From Phoronis australis (lineage: Eukaryota; Animalia; Phoronida), in the NCBI GenBank assembly GCA_002633005.1, contig NMRA01000041.1, forward strand, positions 1,059,294-1,123,293: a stretch of 64,000 bases of DNA, read 5' to 3'. Within the stretch, counting starts at the first letter, position 1. The number at the start of each line of letters is the position of its first letter. The translations under genes were made by a program, and so were the position numbers. The notes beneath the pieces are model-generated. The model was not told the DNA's origin, ran no database searches, and saw only the letters and a program-made list of their open reading frames with translations. This document shows positions 51,701-64,000 of the stretch, one piece after another.

Positions 51701-52979
51701 ATGTCCTTCGCTTAGTACAACATTTCCTTCATTTACTTCGTACAAAATAAATTGTGACTTCCAAAACTGACCATATAAATTTGATGTTTGGGAGATGTGA
51801 GATATTAGTGAAGTGAATAATTGAAAGCCGACATCATAAAGGGGCATGTGTCAAAAATGTTCCTTCTCTGAGCGTATTCATGTATACACTTACTTTTACC
51901 AATTACTACAAAGAATCACGTACGTGACAAAAATGGCTATATTCTTTCTGTTAGTGTGGGACGGGCATTCGTCCGGTGCCCCGATTCACTATTCGTATTC
52001 TGATGTCGATTGTGACGTCTACTTTAAGCTACTTGTTGGCTAGTCATCGATAGGCGAATGCCCTTGCGGGTTCTCTGGATAACTCGTGGTTTGAGAAACA
52101 GTCTTTAATCGAAGTTTGTGAAGTGTGGCTGTATCGTTGCTATACGTACAATACATGATAAAACTGCAGTCGCTGTTCTTATTCTTTTCTTTTGAAATGC
52201 GAGTCCGTGACATATGGCGACAGAACAGGGCCCAGTGACTGCAATAAAGAATTCACAGGACATTTTTGGTTATGAAAGTGACTCTTAGTATGTTCGTGAA
52301 CATTATGTGGACTCACCTCAGGTGCTCATATCTTGACTTTCTGTTGTGGACTTCCTCACTTAACTACGAGGATCGAAGTTATTTTCTACCTGAGAGACTG
52401 CTTCTCCGACTTATTATTTTTTGTGAAACGCACACCCTTGTATACACCAAACTTTGTTTCACTCGACGTACAGTGCAAATTGTCAGAAGTATACGCCCGG
52501 TCCCCTGCCCTTCTCTTCCTATACTCTGTAGCTGCGTTCGAAAATATTGTTAGTGATCATTAAAGCTGAAGGCGAGTTTCGTGTATATAGCCCTACTACA
52601 TGGTGAGTATTGAATGAACGTGCTTTGTAATATTTATCAATAAATCGCCAACCCGCGTAAATCATGCCAAGTGTTAAATGTACGCCCATTTCTTTCGTGT
52701 GAATTCTATCTTCGAATTAGACTCGCGACTTACACAAATGTAACAAACAAATTGTAGTTTACCGTAAATGCATCATACCTCCCCAACTTCAAATAGATAC
52801 AAACCCCTAAGAAGCCCAAAAGGCTGGCTGGCTATAGGCGAGCACAACCAGAGTAGACTCTTGAAACTGAAAGATGGTGTGCTATCGAACCAGAGCTGTA
52901 TTTTGCCCCGTTTAACTCTCATCTTAAAACAATTTCAAGTTCTCAGTTAACTGAAGAGCCCTAAGCCAACAGCTGACCT

Positions 52980-53174
52980 GCGACATACTCACGACAAAGA
53001 CATTATGGTTACACTATGGCATCTTTGCTCACGACAAAGACGTTATGGTTAGATTGCGACGTACTCACGACAAAGACGTTATGGTTACACCGCGACTTAC
53101 TCCCGACAAAGACATTATGGTTACACTGCGACGTACTCACGACAAAGACATTATGGTTACACTGCGGCGTACTC
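52980..53174. repeat. 36-bp minisatellite, ~5.4 copies
   Basis: Head-to-tail unit GCGACGTACTCACGACAAAGACATTATGGTTACACT, no unique spacers. Confidence 0.92.
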
Positions 53175-54214
53175 GTGTTGTTGTGTCATGTGAGCCCCTG
53201 TGAGCATTTTTCGAATTTCAGGATTGGCCAACTACGTTAAAATCAACGATTTTGCGACGCGTTTCCTGACCTATTGAGGACTTATACGTTCTTTTTTGTA
53301 ACATGATAAAGGAAATACCTGTGTTATTGACGAGGACAAAGATTTTGAATGCAGAATGTTTGAATTTTATACAGAACTCGAGGAGAATTTTGTTAGAATC
53401 AACTGTGAGTACGTTGAGGAACAATACAAGTAAACAAACCTAAGAGCAGACTTAGCGAGTAAGCGGCTGGAGACAGCTCACAAAAATCACAAACACGTGG
53501 TATTTCAAAAATAACACTTAAGAGAGTGCTGGTTTAATTGCCAATTCTCTTTATAGTTATTGAAAAATAGTTTGACATAAAATCACTTATTCTTATGGTC
53601 TACATACAGATTGAGTTACATGTATGTTCATTAACTATTGGATCGATTTTGCTGTCGGGTTTTTGTATTATGACCAAAATAATATTCATTTTTGTAATAC
53701 CTATTGCAATTGCATTTCTTCTCTTTTTGTAGAAAATCTAGCTTCAGCTCACAATAAAGCTCCCTCCTTACTAGAACAAGTCATTACAACAAAAGACCCA
53801 CGCTAAGGCACACTGTGACTGCTGCATTCCACTATTTCGTCGTTTGAATAATTTGTCCCCATCATTGTGTGAGCCTTTTGGAAAGTCAAAACGAGTCCCG
53901 TGAAATGTTTGCAAAATCACAACAGATTTTTTTTCTAACTCTGGCCAAATTTTGTAACCTCAAGAAGTCTAATCCAATCCACCAATAATCTAAAACATGC
54001 GTTGTTCGGCTGTCAGTCAAACCGATCATGTCCCTTTAAGTACCACGTGATACTCTTCAAGGTGAATGTTAAGACCCCCATACAACGCTGCGCAGACAAA
54101 ACATTTTCAACTAATTTCTGAAATGTCAAATCCATTGGTGCAATTTGGTTATAGATCGATTACACTCAAGATGGCCGCCACTGACTGACCTTGCAAAGGC
54201 AGGTGTATTCTGAT

Positions 54215-54632
54215 GCGCTGCTGTGCGTGAACTTGGAATCCTGCGTAATCTCAAAACCACGTATGCGTGAACTTGGAATTGAATATTCCTTAAGGCGACC
54301 AGGTGATTTTTTGTTCAGTGTAAATAATTTTCGTAATTATTGGCCTCACGTCCACCCATTTTCTCCTTTACCGTAACTTGGGACACACAATCGAAGGAAT
54401 AAGTGAATAGTTAAATCAATTGGTGAACAAGATCGCTAATTAGCTGAAAAAAGAATAGTAAAAATTTACATTATTTTATTAACATGCAATTTGATTCAGT
54501 GCAGTGCCAATTTTTATCAAGGTGAGCGTGATTATTTCAGTGATCAACCTGTCAAGTTTCATAGTATATTCCAAGTTCACGCATACGCGATCTTGAGATT
54601 AAGCAGAATTCCAAGTTCACGCACAGCAGCGC
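54215..54632. mobile_element. MITE with ~90-bp TIRs
   Basis: GCGCTGCTGTGCGTGAACTTGGAAT...TGCGTGAACTTGGAAT versus ATTCCAAGTTCACGCA...ATTCCAAGTTCACGCACAGCAGCGC. Each arm carries the 16-mer twice. Confidence 0.85.
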
Positions 54633-57600
54633 TACACTCGATCGCAGCGCCACTGAGTGAGTGTGGCCCAATGAGATAAATATAGCTAGAGTTGACATCA
54701 CGTGGTTTTCATCGAGCGGAATGGTCCGCCATCTTGCTGATGAACCATGTTAGTCGAGATGCGTGCGTACTGTGCAGTTTCGAGGAACCAATATTGGTAA
54801 CAACACCGGGTTTCAAGTAAAAACTCATTGTTTTAATGTTAGGATCGTCAAGTGCAAACTGGGATTTTTAGAAAATCATCCAAGAAAATGATTGCATACT
54901 TGAGCACAGAATTAAAGGGTCTTTACACACTTTCTGTAGTTATAGCAGAAAACATCAAAAATAAAGTTTGATTTCCAGTATAACCCATAATCAATTATAC
55001 AGTTTTTGGTCTTTCGAGGTTTGAAATTGAAACAGAAATAAAATGATTTTTTAGGCGAGAATTCGGTCGCAGAAACAATACTGTTCAACTTCATTTGGTC
55101 CCTAGAACACCCACTCAAGTCGATGTTTCATGGTCTTTGCTTGACTTTCCTTCTTAGTCCGATATGTCTTGAAGGGTTTAGTGACCTTATTCTCTCTGAG
55201 ATATCTGTTGTTTTCTAGCAACGAAGAAACACAAAAAGTGACTGCAAGATTAATAGTTGTTCATTTTTACAGAGTGGAAGATTTATTAATATAACAAGGT
55301 CATTAGGAATACGGCAGTATCGAAGAACGGGATACCCAAGAATCCAACACACCACAATGTTATATTGGGACGGTAGATGGGTTGGTTCTGTAGATTTCAA
55401 GAGATGGGACAAATGTTATGTAGCCTTTTTAAAACTCTAGTTCAGCGTATATACATGTATTGCAGTCATCGTGTTGTTTTACAACAGAGTCTGTGACAGA
55501 ACTGTTTGAAGTTTGAGACCATGTCGTTTCAAACTGTACAAATTACCAGTTCACCACGCTGAGATGAATTAGGTACTAGGACAAGTAATACTAGATAGTT
55601 AAAGAAATATTGCGTGCATAACACTGAAGTAATTTTCCTTGAGACAACTCAGCACATCTTACAAGCGTTTTTTTTTGAAAAAACATCTGCATATTGATGT
55701 AATTATTATTCCTTGGTATAACCTGAAGGAGATAATTCCAATCACCTTTCGGGAAATTGGGTCTGTGCAAATGCATACTTCGACCTTCCGGCTTCGGCCG
55801 CCCAAGCAGTGGTATTCACAGGCACACGTGGCTAGCCGATGTATATGTGCGTGTCTTACCAACCAGTACAGGGTGTTTTTGGTGTCATTTGGGCATTCTT
55901 CTTTATTATTGAAATATCGTTAACATATCAGTTTCTGTAAATCTATCGTTTTAAAAAATTTTGCAACTAACTTTTATTCAAATCGGCCTATGCCTTCAAT
56001 TCTGAATATGCACATGCACATAAACATGCACAGTTCAATTGGTCAATTGCTGCATACAATGACACGACCTTACATGCACAAATACTGCTGTTTGTATGCT
56101 GATCGATTTCCATGGTTTTCTCTTACTTTTTTCTACTTAATGTTCAAGTGTTTCACACGAACGCATGCCTCAAATCTTGTTGTTCGAATAAATGAAGTGG
56201 CGTAGGGGCGAGGAATTTTTAGACCCATACTAAAAACTTTGGAAATGCAGTGAAGTAATGACATTCAACGTGCAATAAAATGACTATGTGATTGAAAATG
56301 GTTAGAATACATAAACTAACATCCACTTACAATCGAATGAGAAAGAAAATGTGTATTTTAATCAATATTAAAGTGTATTTGTTTTTATTCTCTTGAACCT
56401 CCGGCCCTTCAAAATCCATCGTGGTTTTGTTTCATGCTTGAGTTCTTAACAAGGCAATTTTTGTTCATTATAACAGTTCATACCTCCACGGACTACATAA
56501 TTGGAATGATTGCTCCTGGGGGCTCAGAGGGGAATTCCCCCCAGGTGCCAGCTAAGGGGGTACCAGGCAAAAAACAGGTGGGCGCCAAGTGGGTGTTGAC
56601 CTCCTCCCAGGGGGGTTACATGGGAGGAGTGCTAAACAGGTAAAAACCAATGGGTATGTATGCCACATGGGTGTTGAGCTCCTCCCATTGTCACACATTT
56701 TGGTTGCTCCTCTGACCATTGGCAAACATGTTGCTCCCAGCTCACTGCTGGTTTCATCTCCACCCAACAATTTCGCATTTGTTCCCTATTCAATGCACCA
56801 GGCTACTAGCAATGCAGACAATTCTTTTGTGCAGTGGGTGTTACACAAGTGAGAAGAAGAAAGCAAGGCAATTCAGCACTACCACAAAATCGTAATACAA
56901 TTTTAGAACATTCCATTATTTCTTAGACATATGCCAGTATAGGGTAAACTCAATCCCACTCTCCCACTCACCAACAGTTGCAATTCAGTTGCTAATCCGT
57001 AGAATAGCTCACAACTTACCAAACGTAGTGACATTGATTATATCATCAATCATAACTAGTCAAAGTTCAAAAATGTCATGACAAAAAATTAAGAGGTACT
57101 GAACAGCATTCAAAATATTCACTACCCACATACATGTAGCTTCATACAAAACTGAATTAAAAAGACTTGGATGATAAAACCAAAATTTTATTTTATATAC
57201 CCACTGTTCCTGTTATCAATAACAGTAAATATTTCATGTAAGTTAAAACCAGACCACAAGATCATATCTGATTCCAAGCCACAACTGGGGCTTAAATTAA
57301 TCACAATCTCCAAAAACGTACAAAATAGACAACACATACACCAACCAATATAACAAGAAAATCTGACCAACCTTGTCACCCTCTATTAATTCACTAGTAA
57401 ACAACAGCACTTTTCGCCAAAGAAATGCGTTATAAATAAAGCTGAAAACTAATTTACTCACAGAGGTGTTTGTCATCGAGAAGTAAAATGATACGGATAG
57501 CTTGGGTTTAACAAAATTTCAGCCCACCATTCAGACTCTGAATGATCCATCAGTTTCACTTTAGCTCTATCCAAATCACAGGCTAACCATTCATAAAATG

Positions 57601-57769
57601 TTTCAATTTGATCAACCTTAGTAATATGCGAAAACCAGATTTTGACTAATTGTCCTTTCTACACGTGATGTTCCAGTACTTGCTTTGTGAGACGATAATC
57701 AGAAATGCAAAAAAGCCTATTCCAGAGCTGTAATATAATTTCGGGAAAACTTTTTGACCCTGACATCTT

Positions 57770-58697
57770 CATTTTTGGTGGATTCGGGACATCAAATATT
57801 GTTCGGGCACTGCAGTCAATACCAGCTTGTTCTTCATTCATGAACATGGACTCCCCGACGTGATGAGAGCATAACTTGCAGTTCTTGGACAAGATAGGCT
57901 GCATCTCTATTCATAACTGAGGTCAGCTCCCAGCGCTTGCACCTGTGAGAAAGTCAATGACTGAGAGACTCAGGAACAAAACTCATACTCACTAGGTTCA
58001 CAGAAGACTGGTAGCCTACACTAAAGTACACTACACTACAGAATTCCTGTCGTACTTTGATTGTGATAGAGACAAAAGCGTTTTGGTGTCAACTGAAAAA
58101 AACTCGGACTCAAATGCTGATCCACGGATATTTTAACATGGCCGCGCCCCCGCATCATTGACACGTAGAATTAAGTTTTCAATGACGCACTACATTAAAA
58201 TTATGTTGATTTTTTTCACCTTTTCACCGAGACCCACAGATTCTCTAACTTGACTCATGACAGACTTGTGGCCCTGTGGCTGTGATTGTGCCATGGCCGT
58301 GTCACCAGTCATATTACCCATGGCCATAGGCTTGGGTATGTTTTCCTAAGATTATCCCTGCGATCGTACGGGTGACATTTTGATTTGGAATTCATGGACT
58401 GCAAGTATCCAAAAAGCTGACGATCAGATCGGACGTTCATCATAGTCCTTCCGCCGGTAGCCCGGCTGTACAGTAGGCCTAGCCTACACTGCGGACAGCA
58501 GTGGCAACAGGACTGCGATCGACTTGTCTAACAACCATGAACAGAACACACAAAATGAAAGACAATGTATCATATTACTGAATAACAGATAATCCTTACC
58601 TTTCTGGATCCTTAGGAAACCTAAAAAATGACACGTCTGGGGTTTTCGTGGATAAATTCATGTAATTTATCGCACTGCAAAATGCGTCCATCCCCAT
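57770..58697 (-). pseudogene. Two-exon THAP zinc-finger remnant (P-element/THAP9- or hAT/THAP12-type transposase N-terminus)
   Basis: Exon 1 (58697-58600) reads MGMDAFCSAINYMNLSTKTPDVSFFRFPKDPE(R), then GTAAGG. Exon 2 starts at 57942 after TTTCTCACAG and reads CKRW..., then after a frameshift KLCSHH...ARTIFDVPNPPK. The second Cys is replaced by Tyr. Confidence 0.8.
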
Positions 58698-61600
58698 TGT
58701 TTTGGCGCTTCCTGGTTGACAGTTGCTTAGTCACCACTTGGCGTCGCTAGTAGTAGCGGTAACAGCGAACTCACAAGTGAACTCTCCTATACTACTACAT
58801 TCCTTGATATAACTCATTGGTGTGTCGTTTACTGAGTGGCTCTGTGGAAGAGTGAAGACGCATGCGCAATGCAGAACTGAGATTTGTGGGATCCTTTGTA
58901 TAGGATCGAGACATGCAACTGTCATTTTCACAAAAAGTGGACATGTGTCAGGATCTCAAATCTATGAGCCAATTTAATTTGGGGAGAGAGGTGTATCATT
59001 CTCCAGTAATTTTGTCTGTTGTTCCCGTACATTGTACGATCAGTAAATGGCACTCAGCTTACTGCTTTGATCAGCTGTTCTAAGTCGTCGATGCGTCAAA
59101 ATATGATTGCATTACACAATACTTTTGCAGTAAAACCAAATGAGTTGTAGTTGCTAACACAGTTTTTTAAAACTGTTAAAACAATCCATCGGTTGCTCGC
59201 GGATACGCTGCAATGTTACACGCGACACAACGCTGTTGTCGCTCCTTGTGTTATGTAAACGCTTGCAACATTTCCTGATCTTCGAGGCTTGTTTAGGTTT
59301 TAAGGTTATCTCGACTTAACGTAGAGTTTTTAATAAAAAGTTTTAAGAAATCGGCTGGGGGGTTATTAACGTACCTTTCTTACACTTGGAAATTTGACAA
59401 AGCACAGTGTTTCGATATTTGACTTAAAGTTGAGGCCGTTTATTAATTTCCAAGAAAACCTTAACAAATTTTTATGTAGGGCATGCTTCACTAAAAGCAG
59501 CATTTTAACTTGTCTCGTAACTTACGAATACATTTAAACCGGGTCTGCAATACAAATAATTTTTTTTTAGGTTTTTATTTGCCTGAAGTCGCATTTGGAA
59601 CCAATTTTTGGTCTCAAAAATCAAATTTGTTCTTAGCTCCACTGTGTAAATCGTACCTACGGTCAAAAAGGTCGCAATAGGCTTCACGCATTTTGGTAGG
59701 GTAGACTTCTTTAAGTTGTTATGAATTGACCAGAACTATATACATGTAACAGCATAATCTGCTTGTTTTGTGATTGGACTGAAAATCGTTAATTTCCAGT
59801 CACAAAGGCTTGAGTCAAAGGTACATGTAGCTGAAACTAAGGCGACGTCCTCATCAGCTGTCTCGTTGCCTGACACCGGACAGTGAGTAGTGCTGATCAA
59901 AACCGGCGTGAAAATGCCAAGGGATAATTGCCTATGTGAAAAAATAAGAGAAGAGCCGAAGCACAATGGTGGAGTGACTTCTTTAGAATATGCAATGGGA
60001 AAAATATCGAGTTGATATTAAAAAAACAGGGCTGGCCAATGGCTAAACCAATCAGCGCCATCTTGAGGCTTGGGGACAAGGCTGTTTGGCCTGTTGTTGA
60101 TGTGAATTAAAATGAAATTTCCTTATAAGAATTATATATTTAAAAAAATATCTGTGTGCGCCCGGAGTCTGTCTGATACAGGTGTGTTGCTTTGGCATAC
60201 TTTTGAAGATGGGCTATGGTGCGTTTTCGCAGTCACAGACCTAATGGACAATTAGAAGAGCTACACCCAAACCATCGATAATGACTCCTGGTTAAGTATA
60301 CTCGTGATGAGTTAATGACTGGTTTAGTGGTTGGTGGAGTATAACTCAAAGTTAAAATTGACTTTATCCAACCAATCGGAATGATTCCGTTTCAAAAAAG
60401 GCTTGGAACTAACGTTTGACCTAGGCCTATTTAACAGACTAACTTCTGTGCTAGATATTTGCCACCTATTCTTGGAGCGCGGCTAGCTGTCGGGTCTAAA
60501 GTTTCGGGGAAGTGTGAAACAACGTCCCAGCGTGATAGGATTTTTTTATAAAGCCCACAACCAGGATGACGACAGGAAATCGTAACTATTGCTTCACAAA
60601 AAGCTTTCGGCACTAGTCCCGATGCTAAAATGACGTCATTACCAGGTTTTAGTTCACCGATTTACCGATTGGGGCACAATATGCATGTTTCTGCTTAGTG
60701 CGAAGTCACATGAAAATATTCGTTTACCGATAGTTGTGTTTGTTACCAAAATCGCAAGCTTCGTAGATTGCCGTTAACTTCACAAGTTTCTTAATTCAAT
60801 TGGTATTCCCAAATATCACTAAATACAAGACGGGCGGTCACTAACACTTCATCTATTTACTGTCTGCAACCCAGATCATGCGCGCACGGTGGGAGAGCGG
60901 AGGGGACTCGGGGGTGGAGTGGGCAAAAAGGTCCGCCTCAGAGAAACAAAAACTTTGAAAAAAGTAGAAAGCGAGACAAAAGTCCACTAAAAAGGCAGGA
61001 ACTACCAAATTTCGGCGAATGCACAATTCGTAAATCTGAAAGTACCCCATGAATCTTAGTAAAAAGTCCACATTTTCAAAAATTCGAGCCCTCCATTTTT
61101 TAGACTGGGTGCACGCATGCAAATATAATGCCTCGGGATTTCTGGATTTGTCGTTATTTTCCTTGTATGTTCTGTGAACTCATAAACAAATATATATCAC
61201 CTACTAACTCTTAAAATTATTCAAACCATTTCGTTCGCGATATTTTGTTTTGTCTTTAAAACCGTGTTACATTACGGCCGTCTAAAGCGATCCCAAGAAA
61301 TACACGAGCTTACAGCAAGAGAGCGTCTAAGTTTTGATAGGGATACGGGAAGATATCGCATTCGCAATGGATAACAATGCGTGCCAAGGGGAATTAGTCC
61401 CCACAGCGTTGTGTTTAATGAAAGCAAGAAGGTTTGAGGCATACTGGAAGACAGATAATTTATCACCTGTCAAACAAGAAAGAAGGATCTTAACAAAATT
61501 GCAACGTGAAAACGCAGCTTTGCATTTCCGGTATCACGTAAGTGGGGAATAAGCATTCTTGTTTAAAGCAATGTCCAATGTTTTAAAAAGCAATCAATTC

Positions 61601-63379
61601 TTTTCCCCTTATCGCGTGTGTCACTCTGACGATGCAAACGGGCGTTAAGGGTTCAAAGGATTATCTTGACTTGAACTGTGAATGAATGATGTTCTAAACC
61701 AATAGCTGTGAGAAGGTTTGCGGAAGTATGAGTAGGAAACTGCATTAACGAGTTTCGTTCTTATGTGCAATTCTCGTGACAGCGGAACATTTCAATGTAA
61801 TTAAGAGACTAAAGGCATTTTATCACGGTTCACCACCTCAAAGCAGGATGCTTTGAGACACACTAACCCGGGGGGCACTCGACTATTTTTGATGCAGGGG
61901 TGGGTGCAACTGGAGAATACTCACCAAATTAGACAGTGGGTTAAAAGTGACACATCTATTGAAACTTTCCACACCTTTTTTCGATGCTTTGCTGCAAAAC
62001 ATCACTCTTTTGTTGGTAACATTCCATAACCTTAAAGTGGAACTTGCACGTTTATTCCTTATCTCTGTGATTGCTTGCTCAAATTCGTTAAAAGCACATG
62101 TGAATATGACGAAGGTTGAAAATGGCCAAATGATTTTAAAAACGAGTTTTTGTGTCGAAAATGATCCGCCGTAAATCACTCAACCGTATCCAGAAGGTAT
62201 CGTTACACGTGGTGTTGGGGAATAACGTACACTGCATGATGCAGGCTATCTGAGCCCCTAAGTTACGTAATTAGTGCAAAGGTCATTTAACGTAGATGAT
62301 ATTCAAATAGCATTGTAGTTTAATTTCTTCTGTATATTCGCATAGTTACTAACATGCAAATACATCTTTAACCCTTCCGTAGATTCTTGGGCAACTGAAT
62401 TTGCTTGTGAAGGCAAAATGATGAGCAGCACTCATGAGCGCCCCATTGAGGGCTCCTTCGGAAAAAAGGGACCGACAAATCTCTCTTGGCGGCGCTTTCG
62501 GGATAGTTTTACTTTTCTGACATAGGTATTAGGTATCGGAAATGAAGCAAAACGTCATCCTTTTCTAAATTTTGGTCCTTTATAACATTTAAGTTCATGG
62601 ATTACTTGTCAAAGGAGAAGTCATCAAATTATTCCTACTGTAGCCCGGCAAACTGTCCTCAAATTAAACATGGGGTGTGTTCCATAGAGGCGAGAATCTC
62701 GCGAAAACACTACATCACGCACGACTCCGCGAGATATTGCTATGTATAACCGAAGCACATGATTATACACATGTACTAGCTTCGTCAGAGAGATTCTTGC
62801 GACTACATGTACGCAACACTATACGGGCTGGTTTATCAACTCCATGACTCCTCGTAACAGTATAGGTAACTAATATAAATGCTAGCCGCTGGAGGCATAA
62901 TTGACTAGTAAGAGACCTAAGAAGAATATACCAAGATTCAGATTTCATGATCAGACAACGAACTTGTTACGGGGCTCGTCCCCTCATTTATGAGGGACTC
63001 CGCGATACACATTTTGTGCTCTGAGAATCCACGGCTACTTTGATTAGGTATGCGGATCGTAGCCAGTAGCCCGCTCATCTGGCACGCAGTTAATGACCGA
63101 CGCTAGTTTCAACTATATTGCTTAACAGGACAGACCGAAAAAACAGTTTAAGGAACATTTTTTTAAAGATCCCCAAGCTAAGAAAGTACTTCTCAGTAAT
63201 CTGCTTAAGGTATAAAGAGAGGTCCGGCGAAACACTCGCCTTTCACTAGGTCACGTGACTACGAGGTGATTGGTCCAATAATATTGGCTCATAACATACG
63301 GACAATTACAAGAGTTCCTGGCAGGTATAAGACAATAAAATATCAGCATCGTTATCAGAAGGTATAACTTCAAGAAGTA

Positions 63380-63770
63380 TACTCCACGGCGCCATACGGC
63401 ACTGCTCTTCTGGCTTAAGGTTACGCTCACTGGTTTCACGCAAATTGACAATATTTAGGAAATGCAAAAAAACAACAAAAACAAAATTCCTTTTTCCCAG
63501 ATGGGCACGGTTGCTTCATCGATACTTAGAGTATGTTGTAATCTACGGGGTACACTGGGTGAATCAATTTCTAATCTCAAGATTTTGTTGTCCAGACGAT
63601 CACTTAAATTAGCGCAGGTGCTTGCAAGGAGAAACAAGTCTATACAGCAGCGAGAAAGCAATTCAGAACTCGTTAGCTCGTCATCTTTGAACAACAGACG
63701 CATAATTGCACCGGACGACGTTTGGGAGTTAGGAAGCGTGAAAAATTTACTAATGGTCCTTGATAACAGG
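63380..63770 (+). pseudogene. Possible decayed NB-ARC/STAND NTPase fragment
   Basis: Across frames: ILHGA..., GVHWV, KLAQVL and LARHL/NNRRIIAPDDVWE, in the order of the APAF-1 motifs (IHGMAGCGKS, GVHWV, LLILDDVW). Walker A is not intact. Confidence 0.35.
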
Positions 63771-64000
63771 AGAAATGTATTCCCATGCCTGCTGATACAG
63801 TTTAGTGACCACGTTACCGATCCTCCCAACTTCTTCATCTTCAGTCAAACATTTATGCATTGGGTTATTTCAGTCTCAGAACCTGTGTTTTACTGCGGGG
63901 CGAAACCCATTTTACATTAGTGACATTCTAAGTTCACGAAAACAACAACGGTTTTAAAACTTGACATGTTTCGGTGTCATTTATTATTCATAAATGACAC

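Noticed and set aside
52980-53174. 36-bp repeats resembling a CRISPR repeat length
   Set aside because: Units are head-to-tail with no unique spacers, there are no cas genes, and the context is eukaryotic. It is a minisatellite.
56936-58793. 8-bp inverted ends AGTATAGG / CCTATACT as termini of the THAP element
   Set aside because: Short match with no TSD found, so the element boundaries are left uncalled.

Overview
AT-rich eukaryotic genomic DNA, most likely from an invertebrate animal (spliceosomal GT-AG introns and a transposon spectrum typical of marine invertebrates). It is not prokaryotic, and I found no CRISPR array, rRNA or intact tRNA. The only confidently identified host gene is CHMP6/VPS20 (ESCRT-III) on the minus strand: coding exons 1-4 lie at 4580-4512, 2776-2667, 803-716 and 318-166, and the gene continues off the left edge. 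The remaining ~59 kb is a dense, nested transposon graveyard. It includes a young 5'-truncated L1/Tx1-clade insertion with a perfect 15-17 bp TSD, a Penelope GIY-YIG remnant split by an AT-TSD THAP-bearing DNA transposon, a TTAA-flanked Kolobok-like THAP element, a spliced THAP pseudogene, a DD37D (maT) transposase relic and Academ-like relics. There are also many MITEs/foldbacks, two copies of a composite TIR element carrying a LINE tail, and a microsatellite-derived higher-order repeat. The best candidates for something undescribed are an intact, intronless 117-aa orphan ORF with TATA, Kozak and polyA signals (11868-12221) and a possible decayed CARD + NB-ARC (APAF-1-like) locus at the right edge. 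All family assignments come from motif recognition by eye. No searches were run, and boundaries of degenerate elements are approximate.
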